Origin: the human T2T-CHM13v2.0 reference genome, Homo sapiens
Reading direction: 5' to 3' (one strand)
Assembly (NCBI RefSeq): GCF_009914755.1
Contig: NC_060928.1
Length of the DNA stretch: 64,000 bases
This document shows, piece after piece, positions 47,857 through 61,800 of this stretch. Under the pieces are notes generated by a model. It worked only from the letters and a program-made list of their open reading frames with translations. It had not been told where the DNA came from and searched no databases. Position 1 is the stretch's first letter. Each line of letters starts with the position of its first letter. The translations under genes were made by a program, and so were the position numbers.

Positions 47857-49599
47857 GGAAAGTAGTGTTACAGAAGTCAAGGAAGCAACAGTTTGAAGAG
47901 AGATAACTTAATTACAGTGATTCTGATTCAGTGAGATATAGAAATAAAAAACACACTAGTAATTTGAAGGTCATTTCTAACTCTTGCCAAATAATTTTTG
48001 TCGAGTGACAGGAGTACACAGACTTGGAAGGAAATACTTACAATATCTCAAAAACGACCCACCTTGTCAATGGTATTTCCTAAGGTTGACCCTCCTTAAC
48101 TCTAAGATCCTCTGCTTTAAGTCTTAGAAGAAGGAAAATAAATAGAAAATGGAAATTGGGATGTACAAGGAGTTAAAATGACAGTGATTAAAATGATAGG
48201 TAGATTAAAGGTGGGCTGTTTCATTCACTATTCTAGTTGGAGTTCAGGAAAATAATATAAAATTAATCCTTTGAAGGTAAACCTTAGAAATAATCATTGT
48301 TTCTGCTTTGGATGGGAATGCAACTTATATGGCATCCTGTGGAATTTATTGATGCCTCTCATTTATCCTAAAAGACAGATTCTTCTTTTACAAGACAACA
48401 GATGAATTCCCTTGAGGTTATTCCTCACTTTCTGTGTGGTGATATACAGAGAATAGGTGAAGAGCTGATGACTGGGTAGGAGTTATTTCTAGGAAAGGTC
48501 TAGTGTTGATCACTGTATTAGAAAAAGAGTAATTTAAGAAATGTTGTAAATATTCGTAATATCACATTAGCACATACAATAATTGTCAGCTCCATAACCA
48601 GGCATGCTGTTATCTCTCTTTCTAGGATAGCTAATACATCCTAAAATGCTCTGATACGCTGCGGGGTTACTAACACTGTCTTTAATGCAGCATTTTTCTT
48701 TGAAGGACTGAAACCAAGTGGTCTCTCCAGGGCATCATAAATCTTAGTTTTCATTTAGAATATAGAAACCATAAAGAAAATAAAACAATATTTAAGCCTC
48801 AGAGAAGGCCAATTTCCAATACGAAATGGGATTGTTATGAGAGTAAAGGAATGAGCAGAGGAGAATAGGAACACTGCAATGTACACGAGGCTGCCAGAAA
48901 CAAAATAAAGGAGGCATGGGAGCCCTGGGGACTCTACATGATAGAGCAGTGACCAGAAAACTGAAATGGTCCACATGGACTATTCATTTTTTCAGCCATC
49001 TGTACTAAAGACTGTAGAATATCAAGATTTCAATGATATTGCTAAAGACAGATGCTCAAATGATTTTAAATTATACATTTGAAACTTTGTGTGAATTAAG
49101 AAGTCATCATTTGAGGTAAATATGCAATAGAAATAATATGATTTGACAAAGCTTTGAGGTAAAATGATTTCATGGAATTAAGTCACAATACATTATAATT
49201 TTCTAATTATATACAACATCTTTAAACTTTTGAAGCCATTAAAGCATAGCAGGAATTTAATGAGAGATCTAATTTTGTGTACATCTATCGCATGATTCAT
49301 TTCTTAAAAGTTCTTGTGAGTCAAAATGTGGGCAGGGAACTTTCAGACTGTTTATCTCCCAATAATATGTTATTGTTCTATTTTTATATATTCCTTGGGA
49401 TTTGCAAAAATAACAAAGGTAAATTTTCTTACAAAAATCGAAGAGCATCTTCATTAATTAAAAGGAGGAAACTTTTCTGTAAATCTTTATTAGAAGAGTT
49501 GGCTAGCCCAAATATATCAGCATATTTTATTGTGTGTTATTTATAGTTAAAATAAAAATAATATTAAGTAATAATTGACTTAATCACCAAAATAACAGG

Positions 49600-49830
49600 T
49601 AATCAGAATTAACATTTAACAAGCACATGTGATAAGTGAGACGCTCTTCTAAATGTTTTAGATGTTATCACCCATTTTATCTTCATGATAACTGTATGAA
49701 GTGCTGACAATGTTTTCAAGGAATTTTGTAAATCTGTTAACTAGAACACAGTTTATATCACTGAGTACATTAAGGAGCTGGAGCTTGACACTAAGTAGTC
49801 TGACTTCAAAATCTGCTTGTAAATTTTTTT
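49600..49830 (-). mobile_element. MIR
   Basis: 'aacatttaacaagcac...atcttcatgataactgtatgaagt...gtagtctgacttcaaa'. Confidence 0.55.
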
Positions 49831-52800
49831 CACTCACGGAACAGCAAGTTGTTAATATTTTTATCTAAAATAATTTTGCAGATAATGCTGTCATAGTGTA
49901 TTGAAATGTTGTAAAAGTATTAATATGATACAATTTAAGGATTTTCCAGGAAAACATAATCTCTTTCATTCTTCTTATTGTGTTTGTTCCCAATCCATTA
50001 ATAAATGACTAAATCCCTTTGCTTAAAATCATACAGTAAAATAAAAATGCTCATGGATAGGAAAATATTTCATGTTGCAATTAACCACCTCTTCTCTTGT
50101 ATAGAGTTTCTGAGATGTGGGCAAAAAAGAGCCCTGGTATCAAAATTACCAAATGTACAAATTATTTAAACATTTCTAAACATATTCCATTTCTTCTAGT
50201 GGAGATCAAAACTGGTTACTAAAGAAGTTTTCAGGTAATTTGTGTGTACAGTAAAGAGTTAAACATTGACTCTCATAATAATTAATTATATATTCCTAAA
50301 AGTAAGATGTGAGTGAGCTTAAATATATTGGATAGCTTAAACTGTTGAGCTGTAATACCACTAAAGATGGAAGACTGAAAATACAAAGAAACGGTCGTAG
50401 ATTCTTGTAAACATTAAAATGCTACCGAGAGAGGCCACTGACTGAGGATGATTTCAAATCATTATTTATTTGTCAGAAGTAAATGTTTATAAAATATCAC
50501 AAAAGATTACCAACTATTTAACGTATTGAAAAATGTTGACTATTTGTTTTTAGATTATCCTTTACAAAAAAATAAACTATATTAAAATATTTGGAAATTA
50601 ATATTAATTGACTGTGACAAACCAAATGTCACTAAAACATATTGTAATATGACATTTTTGTTGCTTTTTCAGAATGATGGTATCTGTTGCTTTAAATATC
50701 TACATAATTGACTACCATTTTAAGGTCTTTGAAATATACAATTTCCTATTATAAATTATTTTTGAAAAGGGAATTGCTTTGCATTTTGAGAATTTTCAAA
50801 AGCAAAACCAAGACCTATGCATATGTCAATTGCCTAACATTAAAATATTAAAATAAAAAATTACAAAATACTTTTGTTTACAAAAGTATACAACTGTGTG
50901 GGAAGGAGGTAAAGAGAAGTTAAAGAAAGACAACAGATTTTAAAATTCCTATCTTACTCAAATGCTCAAATTCGAGCTGGAATACAACCCATGCAATCTG
51001 CAGGGTGTCAGTAAGAAACAGAGCAGCAGATGAGTAGGAATTGACATCTGTGGCTTGGGAAAAAAATTGGCAAGGAGAGCAAAACAAGTAGTTAAAGAGC
51101 TCTAAATGGCCATAAAAATATAGTCTTCTGAAAAACACAGGACAGCTTAAATTCTTATTTTTATTATCTTCCCCTATAAAGTAATACATGTTTAGGAGGA
51201 TAGCCATAAATAAGAAACAAAATAGTCATTCTAAAAAGAAATAAGCATGTTGTGGAGGGTGGAAATACAAGGGAGTATTTTGCTATATGGAGTAGATTAC
51301 TGATAATATTTAATGTACATCAGCTATATTTTGCAAAGTACATTTCAGGTTCCATGACTGATGTTGTTACAAAGCTTGTAGAATTGTATTGTTCAGAAAC
51401 TTTCTAAGGTTTATATAATTTTTCCCTTCAGAAAACAAAAGCTGGGAAAAGAATGATGCATACTGTTTTCTATTTTCTATGAGTTACAATAACAAATGAA
51501 TTATCAAGATGAACTAGAGAGTAAAGATATTAAGTCAATACAGGGCCCATGATTCTAATACAATTTTCTATCTTTAATTAAAATAAAATAGACAATGCAC
51601 AAATCCATTATCAAAAATCAAAAGTCATATTATTATATTAAATACATTTTCACCAAATGCTTGAGAACACATGCATTTGATGGTAAAGACATAAACAAAA
51701 AATACTAATTAATAAAACAAAACACTTTCTGTTGTGGTATTAAATTAGACTTTTCATTATTTATGATTTATAGGGACAATTTATAAACATAGCTAACCCC
51801 ATGATAAAACCACCCATAATAACAGACATTTAGATATAATATGTATTTTTAATTGGATCCCATTTTTATAAATAAGATAATAAAGTTATATTTTTCCTCT
51901 TGCATGTGGGGTGGGAGAAATGGAAGGAAATTATTAAAGAGTACTATTGTGTTCTCAGTCCGGTATATGGTCAGTTGTGCACATAATAAATTTTATCAGC
52001 TTTGATTTTGTGTTTTTTCTGATGGTAGAGAAAGGCAGGCTAAAAAATTTGCTTTTTGTTATTCTTGCTATAACCTGACTACACGTCTTACTTGTTAATA
52101 ATTTTGAGCTCATTTATGGTGTTTTGATTGAATATTATGATATTACATATAAAAAAAGCAAACTAAAACATCACAAAATCATACTCAATTCTTCAAATTT
52201 CCATAATAAGAACATCTTAATAAGACAAATTGCAACTATCAGAGTACCACAGTTGAAATACCAATATTTCTAAAATATTGTGTTCACAAAACATTTTGCA
52301 TGCGTAATAGATGTTAAATTTTAGATATATTTGAAATATGGATCTAAACCATTTTAACATATTTACTATTTTTTCATAATAAATGCAATCCATGGCTACA
52401 AAGTGAAGTAAAACATTGTAGAAGTCTTCTTTTCTAGCCCATTCTCTACTAAGTCCCTTAGTAACAGTCTGTGCAATGACCTATGCTGATTTATCTGTAA
52501 TCCCCGCTACAGAAAATGTTTATTAGTTCAGTTAATTTATCATTTGGCTACCTTCTGCATTCTCTAAGATGCAGCTAGAGATCATTTGTGGACCCAGAAA
52601 ACCTTGGCTGCCCTAATTTGTACTGAGCCACCCAAATGGTTATTACAGCAGTAGGATAACACTTTCACCATGGCCTTTGGCTGTATTTGTATGGCCATTT
52701 TAATTCTTCGCAGTTTGCTTCCCAGTGACTCATATTCTTCTCCTCAGTTATTTCTTATTGACATCCAAGTAAAATACTCTTGAAGCAATGGATTGGTTTT

Positions 52801-52952
52801 TGTAGATTAATGCAAAGTTGTTTCAAGAAACCTGAATTACAGGCTGATTCTTGATATATATAAGGGTTTTGGATTCTACTAAACATCCTACCTAAATACG
52901 TTTTACAAATAATAAAGAGGAGGCTAAATATATTTTAAAAATAAGGAGTCCT

Positions 52953-53340
<388 letters not shown>

Positions 53341-54999
53341 TGACCTCTCTTATTTTAATGGTAATTATTACTGCTGATATCCAAGTTTGAATTGAACTTG
53401 TTTCATCCAGTTTTAATTCATATTTTTAATAATCTGATATAACTTGCCTCAAAGCATGTATTTTACCTATTGGGGCTATAGTTTCTGCTTGGTGAGAGGC
53501 TCTACAGTATTTCAGGCATTTAGCAAATATTTATTGAGTGCCTACTATGTGACAGTGCGCAAAATCAAGTTATTTGATAGCGGACCTTGAAAAGCTATAT
53601 GCTTACCTATAGTGCTGACTGGATCTAATACTGATTCTTGACAAAATAAGGATGAGTCAGCTAACTAATAACTTATACTGAGTTGTTTAAAGTTTTAGCC
53701 TTCTCTAATGACCTTGTTTGTTGTTGGCTTTTACCTGCTGTAATCTGCTAGACAGGCCTGACTCCCTGACTTGAAAGACATAAAAGACCCCATTGAAAAC
53801 TTTTGTGGGAGTTCTACAAACAAGATTTCTCATATATATTATATTATCCTACTCCAGACAAAGCATACACTTTAGGATGCCGTTTCTGTAAGTCTCTCAA
53901 AGCCCTAATACTTGCTTGTGTTTTCTTTCTCCTGCAGTAACATATTGTTTTCCTTTAATAAAGTCTTATATGGAAATTCTTGGTAGTGTTTTATCAGTGT
54001 TTTTAATTAACTAAACTGCATAAAATTTGTAGCCAATTATGGAATGAGTTGATGGAAATTCAATATTCTACAAAGGCAGATATTGCACTCTTTTGGAACA
54101 AACAGTGTTCTCTTTCTACCTCATTCTACCCTCTCTGAAGACAATCTTGGTCTTCTCCCACACCTTTATGTACCAAGGATATGTTATTTTCAATGGAGGT
54201 AATAAAATAAACCTAGTTTTATTTTCTCTATATTTTGTCACAAGAGTTTCACTCTTGTATAATTAATGGTTTTATAAGAACTTTTAGAAAGTTGAAAATT
54301 TTTCCAGCATAGCAAGATAACATGTGAAAAAGAACTTAGAATAGACCAGTAAAGATGGCTCTGACCTTATGTAAATCATACTATAGCATCTTTTGCCTAA
54401 AAAAAGAGGTATAATGGTTTCATGTAGGAAGGCACCAGTTTTATGAACAAAACTGGAAAAAATTTAGTGCTAGAATATGGGTACTTAAAGTATTATTTGA
54501 TGACTGTATTTGGAGATCACAACTGATAGCTGGGAAATTTGTATTTATCTAAAAAAAATAGGACTTTGAGGACCCCAAATCTTCTTTGACTTATTGCAAA
54601 TTATACTTTCCATAATAAATAAACTGTTCAAATTAAAGAACACAGTTCATAATTTTTAAAATATTATTTTAATTTATATTGAGTAACAGAGGTGTATATT
54701 TTAAAAAGCAATAGTGATGAAGGTTGAAAAAATGGAGAATTCCTTTGGTATAAATGTTTCATTCTAAATAAAAATGGTTATATATATATTTTTGGAATAA
54801 TCAATTTTAAATATTATTAACTAATTCATTTTTTTGCTAGAAAAAGGTTTAAAATCTTCACTGGGTCCTTTCTGCTACCAATCCAATAAATGTATGGATT
54901 TTTAACATTAAATTAGCAGTCAGTAGTTATTCTCATTACGATAATATTCAGTGATGAGTCAAAATATATGATTATTATGATTTATTTTATAAAACTAAA

Positions 55000-55405
55000 C
55001 AGGGGGAGGCTGTTATAACATGAAGGCTTGCTCTCTCATGTACCTGTTGGTGGATACAGGCTGTAGGCTGAGACCTCAGCTAGGTCTACTAGTTGGAACG
55101 GCTACATAGGACCTCTTCATGTAGGTACATGTCTTCCTCAAAGCATGATGGCTGCATTCCAGAGAAAGCATCCCAAAAATAACAAAGGAGAAGTTCATAA
55201 CTTTTTTATACTTGGATTTAGAAGACAAATAGTTTTACTCTTGGCATGTGCTACTGAGAGAAGCAGACACAATAATTTAGTGAAGTTCAAGAGGAATGGA
55301 CTCTTCCAGTCAACAGTAACAGTATCAACATCACATTACAAGCACAACATGTGAGAATGAATATACTCTAATGACCCTATTCAGAAAGAGAAATTAACTG
55401 TATAT
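55000..55405 (-). mobile_element. MLT1 (F/G-like) LTR
   Basis: 'ggctgtaggctgagacctcagct...cttcctcaaagcatgatggctgcattccagagaaagcatccc'. Confidence 0.65.
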
Positions 55406-55489
55406 TGCTATGACTACCCTGTGTTAAACTCCTTGACTCTGTATTTTTCTATTCCTTGGTTATATATAAATATATAATTTCCAAGCAAT

Positions 55490-55881
55490 TTCTATGGTTT
55501 GAATGTTTTTGTCCCCTGCAAAATTCATGTTGACACTTAATTGCCAATGCAACAGCATTGAGAGATGTGGCATTTTGAAGTGATTGAACCATGAGGGCAC
55601 TTCCATCATGAATGGGATTAGGTCACCTAATCAGAGGACTTGACAGAGGGAGATTGTCCCTTTTTGCCATTTTACCTTCTGCCATGTGAGAACAGTGTTC
55701 CTCTACCTTCATTCTGGATGAAAGTGCCATCTTGGAAGTAGAGATTGGATCCTCATTAGAAAACAAACCTGCTGGCAAGTTGATCCTGAACTTCCCAGCC
55801 TCTAAAAATGGTGAGAAATAAATTTTTCTTTATGAATTACCCAGACTGTGGTATTGTGCTATAGCAGCACAAACAAAGACA
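55490..55881 (+). mobile_element. MSTC/MSTD-like MaLR solo LTR
   Basis: 'ctatggtttgaatg...aaaattcatgttga...gccatcttggaag...aagaca'; 5-bp TSD 'gcaat'. Confidence 0.88.
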
Positions 55882-56515
55882 GCAATGAAGAAACAATCTT
55901 AACCACATGTCCAAGACAATAAATGTAAAAGATCTATATTAAAATATGTCATCAATGAATTTCAGGACTATTTAAACATCAGAAAAAGCTGATCATCAAA
56001 GTTCCTGTCTAAGGATGGAGGGACAGCAGGAAGGTCACAATCAAATACAAAATAGGTGAATGGCCTGAAGTTTTTAATAGAATGGATCAAGGTTTCCAAA
56101 ATTTTGATGTATAATGGCATCCAACAAACAATTTGGTGTCTAAAAAAATCATTCACATGTGAGAACAGAAAAAAATGCTAATATTGAAGTGTGTTCTGGT
56201 TTTAAGTGCTCTATTTTTAAGAGAGATCTCACATTGTAAGTATGCACAGTCATTGCTGAAGATACTTAATTTCTTTAAAAAATGATAAATATCCATTTGC
56301 ATAGGGTTAGAGGAAGCATACGCACTCCAAAAGTAGGGTGGAATATATGTGATGATTCTCCAATAGTCAAATATATTGATTTTACTTTTATTTCATTTTC
56401 TTTTTGGCCTCATCTTTCTGTTGCTCAAAGTTTTTCTTAAATTCTCAAGTTAGAGTTAAGTTATCCAGAATATAAACTTCTCATTAGATAATTTTTTTCT
56501 CTCTTTCTGTGCATT

Positions 56516-56552
56516 TGTGTGTGTGTGCATGTGTGTGTGTGTGTGTGTGTGT
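56516..56552. repeat. Interrupted (TG)n microsatellite
   Basis: Direct read of the sequence. Confidence 0.95.
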
Positions 56553-56599
56553 TTGTAGAATTTTTCATGGATCTCAGAATTATAAATACAGCTGTCCAT

Positions 56600-57900
56600 T
56601 CAGCATCTCAATTTAGATTTCTGATAGTCATCTATGAGTTTGTAGTAGAAAAAAGTAAAGTTTTTCTCTTGCACTTTTTCATGTCTCAGTTAATGATATT
56701 TCTTCTACTCATCAGTTGCAACACAGAACCTTAGAGTCATCTTTGTTCTCTTCCAATAGACCCCATATACAATACATTATCAGTACTGTGGATTCGTTCT
56801 CATAAATAGATTCAGAATGTAACTATTAACCAATATGTGCACTGTTACCATCCATCAATGCTAGCTCTCAACTGAATACCTGCAATAGTCTTTTAAATGA
56901 TGTCCTATGATATGGTTTGGATGTGTCCCACCCAAACCTCAGCTTGAATTGTATCTCCCAGAATTCCCACGTGTTGTGGGAGGGACGCAGCGGGAGGTAA
57001 TTGAATCATGGGGGTCAGTCTTTCCCGGGCAATTCTCATGATAGTGAATAAGCCTCATGAGATCTGTGGGTTTATCAGGGGTTTCCGCGTTTAGTTCCTC
57101 CTCATTTTTCTCTTGCCGCTGCCATGTAAAAAGTGCCTTTTGCCTCGCATCATGATTCTGAGGCCTCCCCAGCCATGTGGAACTGTAAGTCCAATTAAAC
57201 CTCTTTTTGTTTCCACTTTCACATATGTCTTTATCAGCAGCGTGAAAACAAACTAATACATCCTATTTCCACAATTATCAGCACCACTTCCTTCGTCCCA
57301 GGAAATCTTTCCTTAATATAAAACTAGAGTGAATAGTTTAGAAGTAATGAAGATCATGCCTTTAATCTAAAATTTCTAATGGATTTTTGTTTCAATAAAA
57401 TAAAATGAATATTTCTGCCATGACTTATATACTTTTCAAAAGCCAAAAGCTGCTTTTCTTACGTTACTTTTTGGACTCCATTTTCTGTCATTCTTGCATT
57501 TTTACCTGATTCAATTACCTAACCCTTTTGCCCTTCTCCAATTAGGCTAAGTACAGTTTTACCTCAGAATCTTTAAACATAATTTTGTCTGAAAATTTTT
57601 TCCATTAAACAATCATTGCATACATCCTGGCTAACTGTCCCAGTATTAGGAAAGCCTTCCTTAATTCTCCAGCACACTCTGTCCCCAATGCACTATTTCT
57701 TAAAATCTTTTCAGTGTTTTTAAAAATTATCTGACACACTATATATTTATTTTATCATTCATTTATTATATATTTCCACTACAAGAATGTAAGTTACTGA
57801 AGTGTAAGACTTTACCTGGTTCAGCTATTGTTCCATTTCCAAAGCTTAGAGTAGTCCCTAGTAAAGAATAGCTGTTTAATAGCTATTTGAAAAATAAATA
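56600..57900 (+). mobile_element. L2 (L2a-like) 3' portion split by THE1A
   Basis: 'aaccttagagtcatcttt', 'cactacaagaatgtaagtt...agcttagagtagtccctag...tatttgaaaaataaataa'. Confidence 0.65.
56908..57260 (+). mobile_element. THE1A solo LTR
   Basis: 'tgatatggtttgg...ttatcaggggtttccgc...actaataca', 353 bp, 5-bp TSD 'tccta'. Confidence 0.93.
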
Positions 57901-58899
57901 ACTCACTAAAAATGTAATGTGATAAAAATATAAAATAAAATGTGTTAGATTTTCAGTATCCTAACTCTTGATTATGTAATTCTGGCTAACAAAAAACTGA
58001 GAAAGTGTTTGAATTTTAGATATTTGTGAATGAGTTTGATGTGCCATATTCAATCAAAGTTTTAAAAGCATCAAAGTCAGGAATCTCTTGTTTCTTGGCT
58101 CTATAAGTGCACTCATCCCAGGATCACTCTTTTTGGCTCAAATTACAAAATTTTAGTAAATCTTTTGTGAGAAATATTGTAAGCCCCAGGAAAATTCATT
58201 CTCCCTACTTCATGTTTTCTCTTTATAACTTTTGAGTGATTTATTTCATGATTTGGTAATAAAGGTAAAATAAAATTTGCTTCAATTTTGAATATTTGTA
58301 AAATGAAGATTTTATTAAAATAATTTGTGAATAATTTTATTGATTCAATAGAACATTTTTTGATTCAATCAATAACATTGATTGATTCAACAGCCCCAAG
58401 GAAATCTTTTCTTTGAGGTTTTGATGGTGTTCAACTGTAAGTCCTCAGGACTTGGTGCTTTCATTGGGATAATAATTTTTTAACAATATCTTTTAATATT
58501 TTCTATTTTAATTAATAAATTTACTATGACAAATTTTATTCTCTCTGTCTGTGTGTCTCTGGTTATGTTCCCTAATGTTTGTATTAAGACATCTTTATTT
58601 TAAAAGACTAGATCTTTAAACTTGATATCAACATACCCAAATATAGGCTATAATAACTACAATTACTTTAATCCAAAATTTCATATTAAAATAGAAAAAC
58701 TGCTACTATGCATCTGCATGCAGATTCCAGTGAAAATATTAACATTGTAGGTGAATCTAGATAAGAAGTTGTAGATTGCACAGCAGGCATAAACAGCCAG
58801 TTTCCTGATAGCATCTTATTTTCAGCACTAATTTTTTAAATGGATTGAGAATTTTCACTATATTTTTCCTGGAATAGTTAAGGGAAAATGACTTTAATA

Positions 58900-61800
58900 A
58901 CAGTGAACATTCCTGTGAAAAAAATAAGTAAGACTAAATAAGAGACCTAGAAAATTTCATGTATTATAGAATATATGTAGATGATAACATACATTGAAAA
59001 ATGCAAAACTATAAAATATATAATCTAATAATCCACATACCCTAAATAAATAGAAAGACAGTCGAGAACTCCTTCCTTCCTTGCATGGAGGGAAGAGTGT
59101 GAAGTGAGCACCCAACTTTGCTGTGAACCCCAGCACCAGGCCACCCCAGTGAAACTCAAGCAGACCAACCCCTACTGCCCCAAGTTCTGGTATCTATGGA
59201 CTGAACCTCCAGGCCTACCCCGATATCAGGCCAGCCCCACAGCGTCAGGCTCCAGGACAGAATCTGATTATCCAGCTTTTAGTTCTGTCCCAATGTGAAG
59301 CCAGCCCTCACAGTTCAGCCTTCATGTCAGCCTCACAGTCTCAGGATTCAGGCCCATTCTGGCACCAGGTTGGTCCCCACAGCCCCAGACTCTAGGCTTT
59401 CCCCACTAAACTCAGACTCCAGAACTTTACCTGTACACCCCGGCTTTAGACTTTCCCCCATATCTCAAACTCCAGGTCCATCCTGGTACCAGTCCAGCCC
59501 CTATCAACCCATGTTTCTGGCTGCTCCTATAGACATAGGCTCCAGGCCTGCCTCCATGGACCCAATACACAGGTATACCTCAGTAGATAAGAGTGCCAGA
59601 CTAGACACCTGAGGATCCATGCAGCTGAGAAGATCCTAGCTGCAGTATCACTATGGTGGACCCAAGCTTCAGACCTATAACTGTGGATCCAGGGCCCAGG
59701 ATCTATGCTGGGCCCTTTGGACCCAGGCACCAGAATCACCCCACCTTCTCACCCAGGTACCAAGCCTGCCCAGTGATTTGGGCAGCAGGCCCATCTGAGG
59801 ATCCCACTAGACAACCTGCCCAGAATCTCTGGACCAGCTGATTGGTGAAGGGCTTTCCCTACCATAGCCAGTCTGTAAAGACTGTAATAGGTGCCTAATT
59901 CTTCAAATGCATAGACACCAATGCATGGTGATGAGGACCAGGAATAATCAGGTAATGTAACACTGCCAAGGGAATAAAATAAACAATCAGAAGCTGAACC
60001 GAAAAGAAATGGATATTTATAATCTTTCTGTCAATGAATTCAAAATAATCATCTTAAAGAAGCTCAGTGTGCTACAAGAGAACACAAATAGACCACTAAA
60101 CAAAATCAGGAAAACAATATGTGAACAAAATTAGAAATTCAACAAGAAAAAAATCATAAAGGAGAATCAAACAGAAATATTTGAGCAAAATGGCACAATG
60201 ACTGAACTGAAAAATTTCATAGAAATCTTCAACAGCAGGTTTAGTCAATCAGAAGAGAGAATCGGTGAGTTCAGAAACAGATCATTTGAGATTACCTAGT
60301 AAGAGGGACAAAAATAACAACTAAAAGAAATGAAATCAAATGAAGGAGGCCTATAGGAAGTATGGGGCACCATCAAGTGACCAAACATATGCATTATGAG
60401 AGTCAAAAAATAATCAGAAAAATAAAATAACAGGAAGCTTATTTAAAATGATGGGAAACTTCACAAATCTGGAGAGAAAAATGAATATCAGATCCAGAAA
60501 GTCAAAATAACCCTAAATAAGTTAATATAAATAGATCTTTATTGAGATTATAATCTGATATATATCATATATAATATATATCGTATATAATATATAATAT
60601 CAGATATATACTGATATTATAATCAAATTCTTAAAAGCCAAGGAAAAAGAGAGACTTTTGAAAGCAACAAGAAAAAACAACTCATCACGTACAAAGGAAT
60701 CTTTATGACACTGTTAGCTGACCTTTCAGCAGAAACATTGAAGGCTGGGAGAGTATGGAATGATCTATTCAAAATGCTGAAGGAAAAAAAACTGCCTGCC
60801 AAGAACAGAATGTCAAGCAAGGATGTCCTTCAGAAATGAAAATAATATACTTTCCTCAACAAACAACAGCTGAGGGCAGGAGTTAATTACCACTAGATTT
60901 GCCTTAAAAGAAATGCTAAAGAAAGTTCTTTAAGTGGAAATGAAAAAATACTAGTTGCTAACATGAAAACACGTAAATACATAAAACTCACTGTAAAGAT
61001 AAAAATACGTTTAAACTCAGAATACTCTAGTACTATAAAAATGGTTCTTAGATCACTTTTAACTCTAACATAAAACTTAAAAGATGAAAATACTAAGAAT
61101 AACTATAGCTATAATAATTTAATAGATGCACGAGAAGAATTTATATTGAGATAACAATAACATTAAATGTTGGGAGAGAAGTTAAAATGTAAATCTTTTA
61201 TATACGGTCAAAATTAACTTATCCTCAGCTTAAAATAAAGTATTATAACTATAATATGTTTTTTCTAAGCCTCATGGTAACAACAACAACAAAAAAAAAC
61301 CTATAGTAGGTACGCTAAAGGCAAGGAGAAATAAATCAAATCTTACCACTACAAAAACTCATCAAATCAAAAAAGAGAGAAGAAAGAAAGAAAAAAGAAA
61401 ATACAAAATAATCAGAAACTAACAAAATGGCAATAATAAGTCCCTACCTCTTCATCAGTTCTTCAAATATATTAGATTAAATTATTCAACCAAAAGACAT
61501 ACAGTGAATGAATTGATTTTTAAAGATTCATCTATAATCTACCTATAAGTCGCTCACTTTAGATTCAAGAACAGACATAAGCAGAAAGTGAAGGGATTAA
61601 AAAATTTCATGAAAATGAGAGAAGGTGTGGCTATATTTATATCAGACAAAATACACTTCACGTCAAAATTATCACAAGATGCAAAGATGGTCATTATATA
61701 ATAAAGGAGTCAATCCTCAAGAAGATGTAACAATTGTAAGTATACGTGCACCCAATGTTAGAGCACTTAAACGTATAATGCAAATATTGACAGAACTGAG

